Source: Callorhinchus milii
Taxonomy: Eukaryota
Length of the DNA: 64,000 bases
Direction of reading: 5' to 3'
Assembly: GCF_018977255.1 (NCBI RefSeq)
Contig: NW_024704742.1
Location: forward strand, 38,132,001-38,196,000
Shown piece by piece: positions 1 through 11,000 of this stretch (the first letter of the stretch is position 1; each line of letters opens with the position of its first letter). The notes under the pieces are model-generated. The model saw only the letters and a list, made by a program, of their open reading frames with translations. It was not told the DNA's origin and did not search any database. Position numbers and translations under genes: made by a program.

Positions 1-899
1 ATTTAGTCAGCCCAGCTTCATCTCCCCGCCTCCTTCGCCAAGTTTTTAAGCTGCTCTCTGCAACTCTCTCTGAATCCCTCCATCTTTCTAAAAAACTACT
101 ATTTTGCCTGCACCTTTACGACCTCCCTCCTCACTCCTTATCTTCCACTCTGCTTGGGACCCCAGTTTGTTTCTACAAAACACTTTTGAGATGTGAGGTC
201 CAAGATTTGATTAAAAATCCATCAAGCAAACAAATTGATGTGGAAGAGACTGTGTTTTTAGCCGTTCAATTGTGCACTGATTCATTTCTGTGGATGGATT
301 CGCGATAGATAATAGATAGATATTGGAGTGCATTCCGTTCCAACAATTTATCTCAGGAATTTCCATGTGTTGATGGGATGCATGGAATTCTCAGCCTGGT
401 TTGCATACTCCTAAGAATGGTGATGGGTTTCTGCGTGTGTCAGACACCCAGCTGACCCACCCAAAAATAAACAATAAAGTATTTTCATTCAAGGTGAAAA
501 TTATTTGTAGCAACAGAAAGTCAACAGAGCAGTGAACTGCCCAAGCTGAGTAATATGATATTGCAGCTTAACATTCAGCTGAATGATATCTGCATGGGAA
601 CTTTCCAAGTCAAACTCCTTTTTAAAGTGTTTTAAGCCCAATTGAAAAGTTTGTTAAGAAATGACTAGCACCTTGTGTCACTAACTAATTCATTCACCTC
701 CAGGAATTATCTTTGAATACCTGTGCCTAACGCTTCCCAGAATTCGGTAAATTCTTTGAATTACAATTATACAGAGAATAGCTTCTGTCTATGTGAGACA
801 TGCCCACACCCCAGAAGGTTCCCGTATATAGGACTAATTACCCATGATAGCAATCTCACTCTGAGAGCTCATAAAAGCAGCATATTTAGCACAGAAATC

Positions 900-1452
900 T
901 TACACTGTTCAATAAGATAAATATTTACAGCAACATTGACCCAAGGGTGGGGTCGGGATTAGGAGGGGTGGAGGGCAGGGAGGGTAGGGGTAGGAGGGTG
1001 ACCAAAGGCACGGTCGAAGAGGAGGGTCATGTGAGATACCTTGAAGGGAGAGAGCAAGGCAAAGGCAATGGGGATAGAGTTCCAAAGGATGGGGGCAGGG
1101 AGGCTGAAGGTCTGACCGCTGATGGTAGGGTGGGCCGGGCAAGGGCCGTGGAGCAGGCCAGAGGCTGCTAAGCAGAGTGAGTGGACGGGTTGATGTGGGG
1201 TTAGCAGGTTAGAAGTAGGAAGGAACAAGGCCGTGGAGGGCCTTGAAGGTGAGGACGAGGATTTTGAATTCTATCCTGAGGGATGGGGAGCCAGTGGATC
1301 CAGGCGAGGGTGGGGGTGATAGGGTCATGGAGCCTGGTGCGGGAGAGGACATGAGCTGCGGAGTTCTGGATGAGCTGCAGCTTGTGGAGTGAAGAGTTGG
1401 AAAGGCTGACGAGTAGGGAGTTGCCGTGAGTCGGGATGATAGGGTCACTCAT
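900..1452 (-). mobile_element. L2-clade LINE 3' fragment (degenerate)
   Basis: Frameshifted peptide GNSLLVSL..LHKLQLIQNSAAHVL..HDPITPTLA.IHWLPI..RIEFKILVLTFKALHGL.PSY, typical of the L2 ORF2 C-terminus. Confidence 0.85.
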
Positions 1453-3036
1453 AAATGAAAATACAAAAAATAGTAATCAGAATTTACCTGAATTTTAGTT
1501 TTGCAAGAAATGGATCTGCATTGTTAATATACAATTGGGATTGTAGGAAAATTCATATTTATTTATCCAGCCTGAACTGTGGACCTGCATTAAAACTGTT
1601 GTATGTTTACACTGTTAAGACTGCTTGTCATCACCTTTCTCTTTACCCTTTCATCCTTTCATGATTCCTGTGCTCTTTGCCAAGAATATTCTTTCTATTG
1701 CTAATCCCAATAACCAATGTATAATCATAGATATTACAGCATAGGCCAGTTCGTCCATCAAGTCTAAGTTGATGCCCAGTAATAACAACGTAATAAAAAT
1801 ATAATGTAGCACATTATCACGTCTTTGAAACATCTCAAAGCACTTCACAGGATTTTACTGTAAAGTGCATTGACTGTGTATTTGTAAGTTAGGAACCCAG
1901 CTTCAATTTATGGTTCCTATTTGACATCTCTCATCTCTTCTATAATCTGAGTGAATCTCTTCCACACCCTTTGCATGGCTGCAATGTCTTTCTATAATGG
2001 GCTGCTCCTAAACAGGACATAATACTGCAGCTACTACCTAACCAATGTTCTGTACAAATCTGCACAAATAGTATTGTCTTATGCTCTCATATTCAATACT
2101 ACTATATATAAGTCACCTAAACAAGGGAGGAAAAAACTATAGGACACATTGTTCTGGTACATAGTTCTATTTTAGTACCTCTTTACATTTACTTTATGGC
2201 AGCTGGGATAACGTTGCCTCCTAAAAGTATTCCACTGCCTGCTTTTGCTAGAGCACAGAAAAAACAAAGGGAACAGCATTGAGTTACAGCTCAATCATTT
2301 CACAGGATTGAATTGAAATCCACAGGCACCTGGATCAACGTTGTCCCTGAGGGCCAAAGTGAAGGTGGACACTGTGTTAAAATTGTTCTCTGGCTACACT
2401 TTGAGTACCGGTGGGGTGGGTGTAAGGTTAGGTAAGTATTTGGAAGTCTCACTTAATTTACTTTGATAAATTTTACAATATTTTCCATCGGATTAAATGC
2501 GCTGAGTAGTTCATGGCAGGTTGCATTACACATTTGGTCTGTGGAAGTTATGAGTTAAATGGGACGAATTACCTTTTTTAAATGTCAAACATTCAAAAAT
2601 AATCCTTGCATTTAATACAGCACCTATAACATCAAACCATCTCAAAGCAGGACATTTGCTGTCAAGTGTAGTCTTTACCTATTTGCAGCCATACACGGTA
2701 GTCAATTTGCATGCAAGAGTTCCCCAAACAGTCATGAAGTGAATGAACAATTTATGTGGAGAATTGCTGAACAGAACACCAGGGAAACTCCCTTCTCTTT
2801 TTCAATAATACAATGGGATCTTGAATGCACGTCTGAATAGATAGGACTTCAGTTTAACAGCTCATGTGAAGGAAAGCATCTACGGCAACGCAACACTCCC
2901 ACAGCACTGCACTGATATCAGCCCACACTGCGGGCTCAAAGTCATGACATGGGGTTTGAGTGCACAATCATCTACCCAATGATGAGAGTGCAACCAACTG
3001 AACCAAGCTTGTCTACCTATATTCATAGATTTTTTT

Positions 3037-3830
3037 TCATAGAATTGTTATGGAACAGGAGGAGGCCATTCGGCCCATCGAGTCTGTGCCGGCTCTTTGA
3101 CAGAGCAAGTCACTTTCACTAACCCAATCACCAGCTTTCTCCTCGTAACCCTGCAAACCCGTCTTCCCCAGATACCTATCCAGTTCTCTCTTAAAAGCTG
3201 TTATCGAATCGGACTTCACTGCCCTTTCAGGCAGATTATTCCAAATTCGAACAACTCGCTGAGTGAAAAAATTTCTTCTAACCTCCCCTCTGCTTCTTTT
3301 GGTAGATATCTTAAGACTGTGACCACTGGTCACAGACACACCTACCAGTGGAAACAGCTTGTCCTTATCTCGCCTGTCGAAACCTTTCATCATCTTGAAG
3401 AGCTCTATCAGGTCCGCACGTAACCTTCTCTGCTCTAATGGGAAAAGTCCTAACTTCTCCAGCCTGTCCTCATAGCTAAGGTTCCCCATTCCTGGTATCA
3501 TTCTCGTGAATCTCCTCTGCACCCTTTCCAGTGCCTTAATGTCCTTCCTGAAGTAAGGTGCCCAGAACTGGATGCAGTACTCCGGCTGAGGCCTAACCAA
3601 TGTTTTGTACAGATTAACCATAACCTCCCTACTCTTATATTCTATGCCTACTAATAAAGCTCAGTACACCAAATGCCTTTTTTACTGCCTTATCTACCTG
3701 CCCCGCTACTTTCGCTTACTTGAACACCCGGATCTCTCTGTACATTCACCCCCCTTAAGATTGAACTACCAAGTTTATATTGCCTCCTATCATTTTTCCT
3801 ACCTAAGTGTATCACCTCACACTTATCCAC
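3037..3830 (-). mobile_element. CR1-clade LINE 3' fragment
   Basis: LYKTLVRPQPEYCIQFWAPY..ALERVQRRFTRMIPG..LEQRRLRADLIE..FFTQRVVRIWN, plus a CR1-type 3' tail. Confidence 0.92.
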
Positions 3831-4724
3831 ATTCAATATGTGGATATTGCACATCATTTCTGATAGTAAAAAGTGGCTAAAATGTTTCAAGTTAAAGCAT
3901 TTCAAGTTTTAATATATTTATATATAATTTTGAAGACTTGAAGGTAGTAATAGTAGTGTATTCAGTGTATTACAGAACATCCATTGTACTACATAAAACT
4001 GACAAAATGCATAATGTCAGACACTAGAAATACAATGCATTATTCTTTTTAATTAATCTACATTCAACCATTGGCAGAACCATACAAAATATAAATCAAT
4101 GATATAAAATAGTAAATAAAATAACCCTATTACCTCACTTTAACTTCTTCCCACAAGGTTACAATTGGAATGGAATTTAATTTGAACTGTTTACAAGTAT
4201 AGGAATATTATTATCCATACGACCATTATAATCAGACATTAATACATTCATTAATTTTTTACTGAAATTTAGTGCATATCAAGGTGAGGGTATCAGCCTG
4301 GTGGAAACTTAAATTGTTTCGCTTATGTGTCTGGTTACAAAACAAAGTTCCCTGCACTCTGCTTATCTGCACCAATCCATTGTTACACAGTTCCCTTTTG
4401 CATTTGTAAGCTTAAATAAGATTTTCTTTAAAAAAATTAAAATGACTCCCAGCAAATAATGATAAAGAAAGCTAAACTTTCTAATATAGATTGCTGATCG
4501 ATTGACAGTTTTAACATTTTAGATTTGAGATCTACACAAATGGCTACCTCAGCAAAGGTTAATTAGCAAATAAAGAATAATGTTATTTAGTATTAAGATT
4601 ATAGGCGTCGCTTACAAAAATACACAGTCACTACACTTTACAGTAAATCCTGTGTAGCACTTTGGGATGTCCTCCCAATGTGAAAGCCACTATAGAAAAT
4701 GCAAAGATTATTATTATTATTATT

Positions 4725-5112
4725 TGATTGTGTGGTATAGCGCCTTATCACACAATCAAAATGTTTCAAAGCTCTTCACTGTAAAGTATTTACTGTAAAG
4801 TATGATAACTACACAGTCAATTTATACACAGCAATGGCCCACAGACATGAAACGAATGACTGACTAATTTTATTTGGGTTGTATGAGCTATGACACTTGG
4901 AAAAATTTTAAATAGAGCCATGCGATTTTAACGTCCATCTGAAAAGGCAGAAGGGACCTCAGTTTAACATCTCACCTGAAGGATGACACCTCTGACAATG
5001 CAGGGTTCTCCAGTACTATATTGGAGGTCAGTCTAGACAGTGGGTCCTGATGTGGGGCCTGAACCCACTACCTTTAAACTTGGAGGCGAGTGTACCAACT
5101 GAGCCAAGCTGA
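4725..5112 (-). mobile_element. Older tRNA-derived Deu-domain SINE
   Basis: Similar to the copy at 25873-26300; tRNA-like head near 5060-5110. Confidence 0.7.
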
Positions 5113-6569
5113 CTACTGAGACAGGATGTGAAATAATGAAAAAANTTGCATTTGATATAGCCCCTTTCACATCGGGAGGAAGTTTCAATGTGCTTCAAAG
5201 AATATACTGTAAAGTGTAACGACCATGTATTTTGTAATCTAAAGTAAGAAAAAAAACACATTTTTATAGTGCCTTATCCCATAAAACATCTCAAAGAGAT
5301 TCAACAATAATTTTTGTCAAGTGTAGTGATTGCCAGCAAGATTCCACGTGTGATTTGGTGGATTGTTGGTCAGGACCCAGGGAGAAACTCCCAACTCCCT
5401 TCTCTTTTCATTCGATCTGTAGAGGCAATTGGGAATTATTCTCTGTCTCATCTGAAAGTTGTCACCTCTGACATTGGAGAACTTCTCCGGTATTAAAGTA
5501 TTACAGTAGAGTGTCAGCCTAGACTGTGAGCACAAATGCTCATAGCATAGTCTATCAACACCATTATATAATTTATATCATACTAGTCACTACAGCAAGT
5601 TCTCCTTTTCCAAACAACAGTCAAAGGAAGAGCTTTCGGCAAAGGAACTTTACTTCCACGTCCAGTGTTTTATATGCAAGACTGTAACTTCCCTGTATCA
5701 GAGTGAAAAACATCCAATATTGTTAGCCCTTTATGTCACAATAAAAGCATGGGGAACCGCAATGAGGATGCCATCACACCTGCAGTTCTCCAGGTGGCCA
5801 TTTGTGTGCCAAACCATCATTCCTTCAGTCACTTCCAGACTCCACAGGACCATAAAGATTTACAGAAATAAAGAAGCAACTTAAGTGGAAATAAACAAAC
5901 GATCCTGAAAATTAATGGGACGCAGGGGTAAGCACTCTGAGACGCTACCCTGCATGGAGGGAGCTATATAAGTGCAAGTTGCTATTGTTGTAAAGAGAAA
6001 AGACCTGCTTCTGACCTGATCAAGTGATCACTACTAGAATGTGTACATGTGCACACAGGATGGGCCTGGGGTGTCTCTTCCCTCCCCCCTCCTCCACATG
6101 CACACAATTCAAGGGACGGCCAGCACTAATGGTCCTGTCTTACACACAAAGAATGGTCACTTGGGTAAGGAACCAGAGAGCGCTCAGGACCTTTGGAACC
6201 ACATGCCCATGCTTCCCGGAGAGATGGGGAAGGGTGGAAATTGGGAAATAAACATATCAATACAGAAAAAGAACTGTTCTCACTTTGAACAGAATTATCT
6301 TAACATAAAAGTCTGGGCTTGCTGTGTTTACACCTGAACCTTAATTGATAAGATATTCCAACCCCGCTGCTAAATTCAAGTCAAAAGTAAATATTTTTGG
6401 AGTGCATAACTTTAAAACACATAAATAACTTGCTGAAACAAATTCTGTGATTTATAGGAAGGGATGGCGTTGGATAGTCTTGAATGCAGCTTTAAACCTG
6501 AGCCGGGTTCTCAATTCTCAGATGGGCTGCAAAGCTATGAATTTTCAGTTATAATCATAATAAACCATG

Positions 6570-6783
6570 CCTTGATTTGAATAGCATCTTATCATTCCCT
6601 TTATGCATCTCACAACGCTTCACAGGATTTACAGTGTAGTGCAGTATCTCTATTTTATGGACTAATGTGGTAGCCAATTTGCACGGAACAATAGCCCACA
6701 AACAGTCATGAAGTGAATGACTAATTTATATTGGAAGGGGGGGATTTGTTGGCCAGGACACTGGGAGAAACTCCCTTTCTCTT
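6570..6783 (-). mobile_element. 5'-truncated Deu-domain SINE abutting the SOWAHB stop codon
   Basis: Minus strand reads aagagaaagggagtttctcccagtgtcctggccaacaa...ctgtttgtgggctattgttccgtgcaaattggctacc, matching other SINE copies in the window. Confidence 0.8.
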
Positions 6784-9700
6784 TCAGTCATCTTCCTCGT
6801 CCTCCTCCCTCACTGCACTGAAGTGGTCCGAGTGGAAGTGAGAGAACTTTCTCAGAATTGGTGGGGATTTGAAGAAAGCGGTGAAGGAGGTTTTCCTGCT
6901 CACAGCACGAGAGGGTTGGTGCCTGTTCCTGCCGGCATCAGTGATTGGCTCATTCATGGGGGCGCCCAACAGCTGGCACACATCTGGGGGGGTCTCAGTG
7001 CTCAGGTACTGCCAAGGCTTCTTGCCGCTGTGGTCCCTTAAGCTGACGTTGGCTCCAGATTTTTTTACCAGGTATTGGATAACTTTCACCTGTCCGTGGA
7101 TGGCAGCTAAATGCAGGGGGGTGTATCCGCACGTGGACTTCACATCCATGGACAATGCAACCTTACGTTTTCTAGCCGCACGGAAAAACGCGGAGAGCGC
7201 AGTGCGGTTACCGTGCTTTGCTATCCAGTGCCACACAGTGTACCCAGAAATAAAGTCCTTTTCCATGGCCAAGCTGGGGTTTTCAGTAAACAAGTTGAAT
7301 GCCTCTTTAAACATGCCGAGGGCCGTTTTTACCATCCACTCGTGCCCTTTGACAACAAGCGTGGAGTTTGGGGAGGTTTCCTTGCTCTTCGGCTCAGCCT
7401 CTTGGCTGGTCTGCCTATGGCGCTGTGCTAGAGATGCCAGGTTTGTGCCCACATGCACACACTGACTGCTTTCTACCCGATTCCCCACCGACCTGACCAC
7501 CCCCAGCGACTGCCCCTCCGCAACCCTCTCCCCTTCGTTGCCAACCCGACCGTCCCGCTTTTTGGACGACTTATTGTGCCAGTTGGGAAACCAGCCGTCC
7601 GCTGGCACGGGGGCGCTCCGGATGGAAGCCTTGGTGCGCTGGGACGGTTTTCTCTGACCTTTGGCAGCACAGACCGCCGTGGTGGCACCTGCCGCTTCCG
7701 AGACCCCCCAAGTGGGTGACCCTGGCGGTAACACCTCCGACCTGTCCCGAGTGCTGGGCGATTGACCAGGTGGCACGGGCGCCTCACGGTTGCTGGCAGT
7801 TTTGCGCCGCTGAGCAGCAGGAGCCGGGACGTGGCGAGGCGGCCTCTGGGCACCTGGTATTGCCTCCTCAGCCTGATCCCTGGAGGGCTGGCGGTGAGGC
7901 TGTGCGCCTTGACAGACAGGCTGGGCAGGCAGGTGACAGACAGGCTCGGCAGGCAGGTGACAGACAGGCCGGGCAGGCAGGTGACAGTCAGGCTGGCAGG
8001 TGACAGTCAGGCGGGCAGGCAGGTGACAGTCAGGCCGGGCAGGCAGGTGACAGAGGCCGGTGTAGACAGGTGACAGACAGGCTGGGCAGGCAGGTGATAG
8101 ACAGGCTGGGCAGGCAGGTGACGGTCAGGCTGGGCAGGCAGGTGACAGACAGGCCGGGCAGGCAGGTGACGGTCAGGCCGGGCAGGCAGTTGACGGTCAG
8201 GCTGGGCAGGCAGGTGACAGTCAGGCCGGGTAGACAGGTGACAGACAGGCTGGGCAGGCAGGTGATAGACAGGCTGGGCAGGCAGGTGACAGACAGGCTC
8301 GGCAGGCAGGTGACGGTCAGGCCGGGCAGGCAGGTGACGGTCAGGCTTGGCAGGCAGGTGACGGACAGGCTCGGCAGGCAGGTGACAGACAGGCTCGGCA
8401 GACAGGTGACAGTCAGGCTGGGCAGGCAGGTGACAGTCAGGCCGGGTAGACAGGTGACAGACAGGCTGGGCAGGCAGGTGATAGACAGGCTGGGCAGGCA
8501 GGTGACAGACAGGCTCGGCAGGCAGGTGACGGTCAGGCCGGGCAGGCAGGTGACGGTCAGGCTCGGCAGACAGGTGACAGACAGGCTGGGCAGGCAGGTG
8601 ACAGACAGGCTGGGCAGGCAGGTGACAGACAGGCCGGGCAGGCAGGTGACGGTCAGGCCGGGCAGGCAGTTGACGGTCAGGCCGGGCAGGCAGGTGACGG
8701 TCAGGCTCGGCAGGCAGGTGACAGTTAGGCCGGGCAGGCAGGTGATAGACAGGCTGGGCAGGCAGGTGAGAGTCAGGCTGGGCAGGCAGGTGAGAGTCAG
8801 GCCGGGCAGGCAGGTGATAGACAGGCCGGGCAGGCAGGTGATAGACAGGCTCGGCAGGCAGGTGACGGTCAGGCTCGGCAGGCAGGTGACAGTCAGGCCG
8901 GGCAGGCAGGTGACGGTCAGGCTCGGCAGGCAGGTGACAGACAGGCTCGGCAGGCAGGTGACAGACAGGCTGGGCAGGCAGGTGACAGTCAGGCTCGGCA
9001 GGCAGGTGACAGTCAGGCTGGGCAGGCAGGTGACAGTCAGGCTCGGCAGGCAGGTGACAGTCAGGCAGGTGACAGACAGGCTGGGCAGGCAGGTGACAGT
9101 CAGGCCGGGCAGGCAGGTGACGGTCAGGCTGGGCAGGCAGGTGACGGTCAGGCCGGGCAGGGTCAGGTGGACAGGTCAGGCCGGGCAGGCAGGTGACAGT
9201 CAGGCAGGTGACGGTCAGGCCGGGCAGGCAGGTGACAGTCAGGCTGGGCAGGCAGGTGACAGTCAGGCTGGGCAGGCAGGTGACAGTCAGGCAGGTGACA
9301 GTCAGGCTGGGCAGGCAGGTGACAGTCAGGCAGGTGACAGTCAGGCCGGGCAGGCAGGTGACGGTCAGGCCGGGCAGGCAGGTGACAGTCAGGCTGGTGC
9401 CCGGCAGTGGGCGCCGTGCAGCGCGCAGCAGGCGGCGCCTGGCCAGCGGGCGGGTGGTGAGGAGGGGCGCCGGGCGGGTCGGGCGAGGCGGTGGGCGGTG
9501 CCCGCGGGGCCCCGCGGTCCGGGCCGCCGCCTGAGGAACAGTTCGGGCCGACGGGACCGCCGCCCGCGGGGTCGCCGCTTTCCCGGGGGAGACGGGCGGG
9601 GCGGCGCGGCTCGGGCTGAGCGGGAGCCGAGGGTCCTCCGCCCACAGCCCCGCGGGGCTCCCCACCGCCACCCGCCCGCAGGGCAGGAGGGCCCCGGCCC

Positions 9701-10155
9701 CGGGCTCCCGGCCCCGCGGGGACCCCTCCCGGGGCCGCTGGCGAGGAGGGGCCGACCACCCCCGGGGCCGAGGAGCGGAGGGCCCTCAGCTCCCGTGGCC
9801 GCTGAACGACGGCTGCCCGACCGCGGGCCCTCCCGGCCCTGTGCCGCCCCGTCCCGGGTCTCCGCCGCCGCTCCCGGGCGGAGGGGGAGCGGGAGAGGGA
9901 GGAGGCGGGGGCGGGTATCTCCTCATGGAGCAGCTCCTGGTACCTCGCCTTCAGGACCACCAGTTTGACGCCGGCGACCTCCCGCACCACCGCCAGGGAG
10001 TTGACGAACCTCTTGAAGCGCTCCCGGTTCGGCAGCCGCCCCTCGGGCTGCCTCAGGAGGTGCCCGAAGTGCCCGGTCAGCTCCGCGTTCCTCACCCGCC
10101 CGCCGTGCAGCAGCAGGAAGTCCAGCACCGACTCCTCGCTCAGGGTCGCGGCCAT
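6784..10155 (-). CDS. SOWAHB: Sosondowah ankyrin repeat domain family member B-like, apparently single-exon; frame interrupted in this sequence by two compensating indel clusters inside an internal tandem repeat
   Basis: ATG at 10155 opens [34 protein letters not shown]...[29 protein letters not shown], the SOWAH N-terminal domain. The 6784..7776 ORF has HEWMVK...[17 protein letters not shown]...[16 protein letters not shown]...[12 protein letters not shown], the SOWAH ankyrin region. Both parts are in the same minus-strand frame (span 3372 nt, divisible by 3). Head-to-head position next to SEPTIN11 matches known SOWAHB synteny. Confidence 0.88.
7911..9397. repeat. 24-bp minisatellite (about 60 units plus a few 15-bp short units) inside the SOWAHB coding region
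   Basis: Plus-strand consensus caggcaggtgacagtcaggctggg. The minus strand translates as [24 protein letters not shown]. Confidence 0.97.
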
Positions 10156-10220
10156 TGGCCCCGCATCGGGCGGTCAGTCCCGGGGGGTGGGGGGGGGGGG
10201 CGGTCACACGGCGCGAAAGT
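9400..10220. promoter_or_regulatory. CpG island over the SOWAHB 5' coding region and start
   Basis: Very GC-rich with dense CpG, unlike the CpG-poor remainder of the window. Confidence 0.8.
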
Positions 10221-10223
10221 CCA

Positions 10224-11000
10224 CCTTTCCCTCTCCTCTTCCTCTCCTCCTTCCCTTCCCTCATCCCCTCTCCTCCCTCTTCTCCTTCCCTCCTCCTCTC
10301 CCTCCCGCCCTCCTCTCCTCCCTCTTCTCCTTCCCTCCTCCCCTCTCTCCTCTCCTCCTCCTTCCTTCCCTCCCTCCCTCCTCTCCCTCCCTCCCTCCCT
10401 CTCCCCTCTCCCCTCCTCCCTCCCTCCCTCCCTCTCCCTCTCCCTCCCTCTCCCTCTCCCCCCTCTCTCTCCCCTCCCCTCCCTCCCTCCCTCCTCCTCT
10501 CCCTCCCTCCTCCCTCTCCCCTCCTCCTCTCCCTCTTCTCCCTCCTCCTCCCCTCTCTCCCTCTCCTCCTCTCCTCCTTCCCTCCCTCCTCCTCCCTCCT
10601 CTCTCCTCTCCCCTCCCCTCTCCCCTCCTCCTCCCCTCCCCTCCCTCCCCCTCTCCCCTCCCTCCCTCTCCCTCTCCCCTCCCTCCTCCTCTCCTCTCCC
10701 CTCCCTCCTCCTCTCCTCTCCCCTCCCTCCTCCCCTCCCTCTTCTCCTTCCCTCCTATCCTTCCCTCATCCCCTCCCCTCTCTCCTCTCCTCCCCTCCTC
10801 CCTCCCTCCTCTCCTCCTCCTCCTCCCTCCTCCCTCCCTCTCTCCTCCCTCCCTCCTCCCTCCTCCTCTCCTCTCCCTCCTCCCCTCCTCTCCCCTCCTC
10901 TCCTCCCCTCCTCCTCCTCTCCTCTCCCCTCCCTCCTCCTCTCCTCTCCCTCCTTCTCCTCCTCCCCTCCTCCTCTCCCTCTTCTCCTTCCCTCCTCTCC
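10224..11000. repeat. ~780-bp homopyrimidine/homopurine low-complexity tract upstream of SOWAHB
   Basis: Almost exclusively C/T on the plus strand (cct, ctc, ccct units) with only a handful of purines. Confidence 0.95.

Noticed and set aside
7911..9397. Regular repeat array superficially like a CRISPR array
   Set aside because: Head-to-tail units without unique spacers, in a vertebrate gene context.
8070..9968. 632-aa plus-strand ORF (RLGRQVTV repeats)
   Set aside because: Codon-aligned antisense shadow of the SOWAHB repeat and GC-rich region; no ATG start and no recognisable domain.
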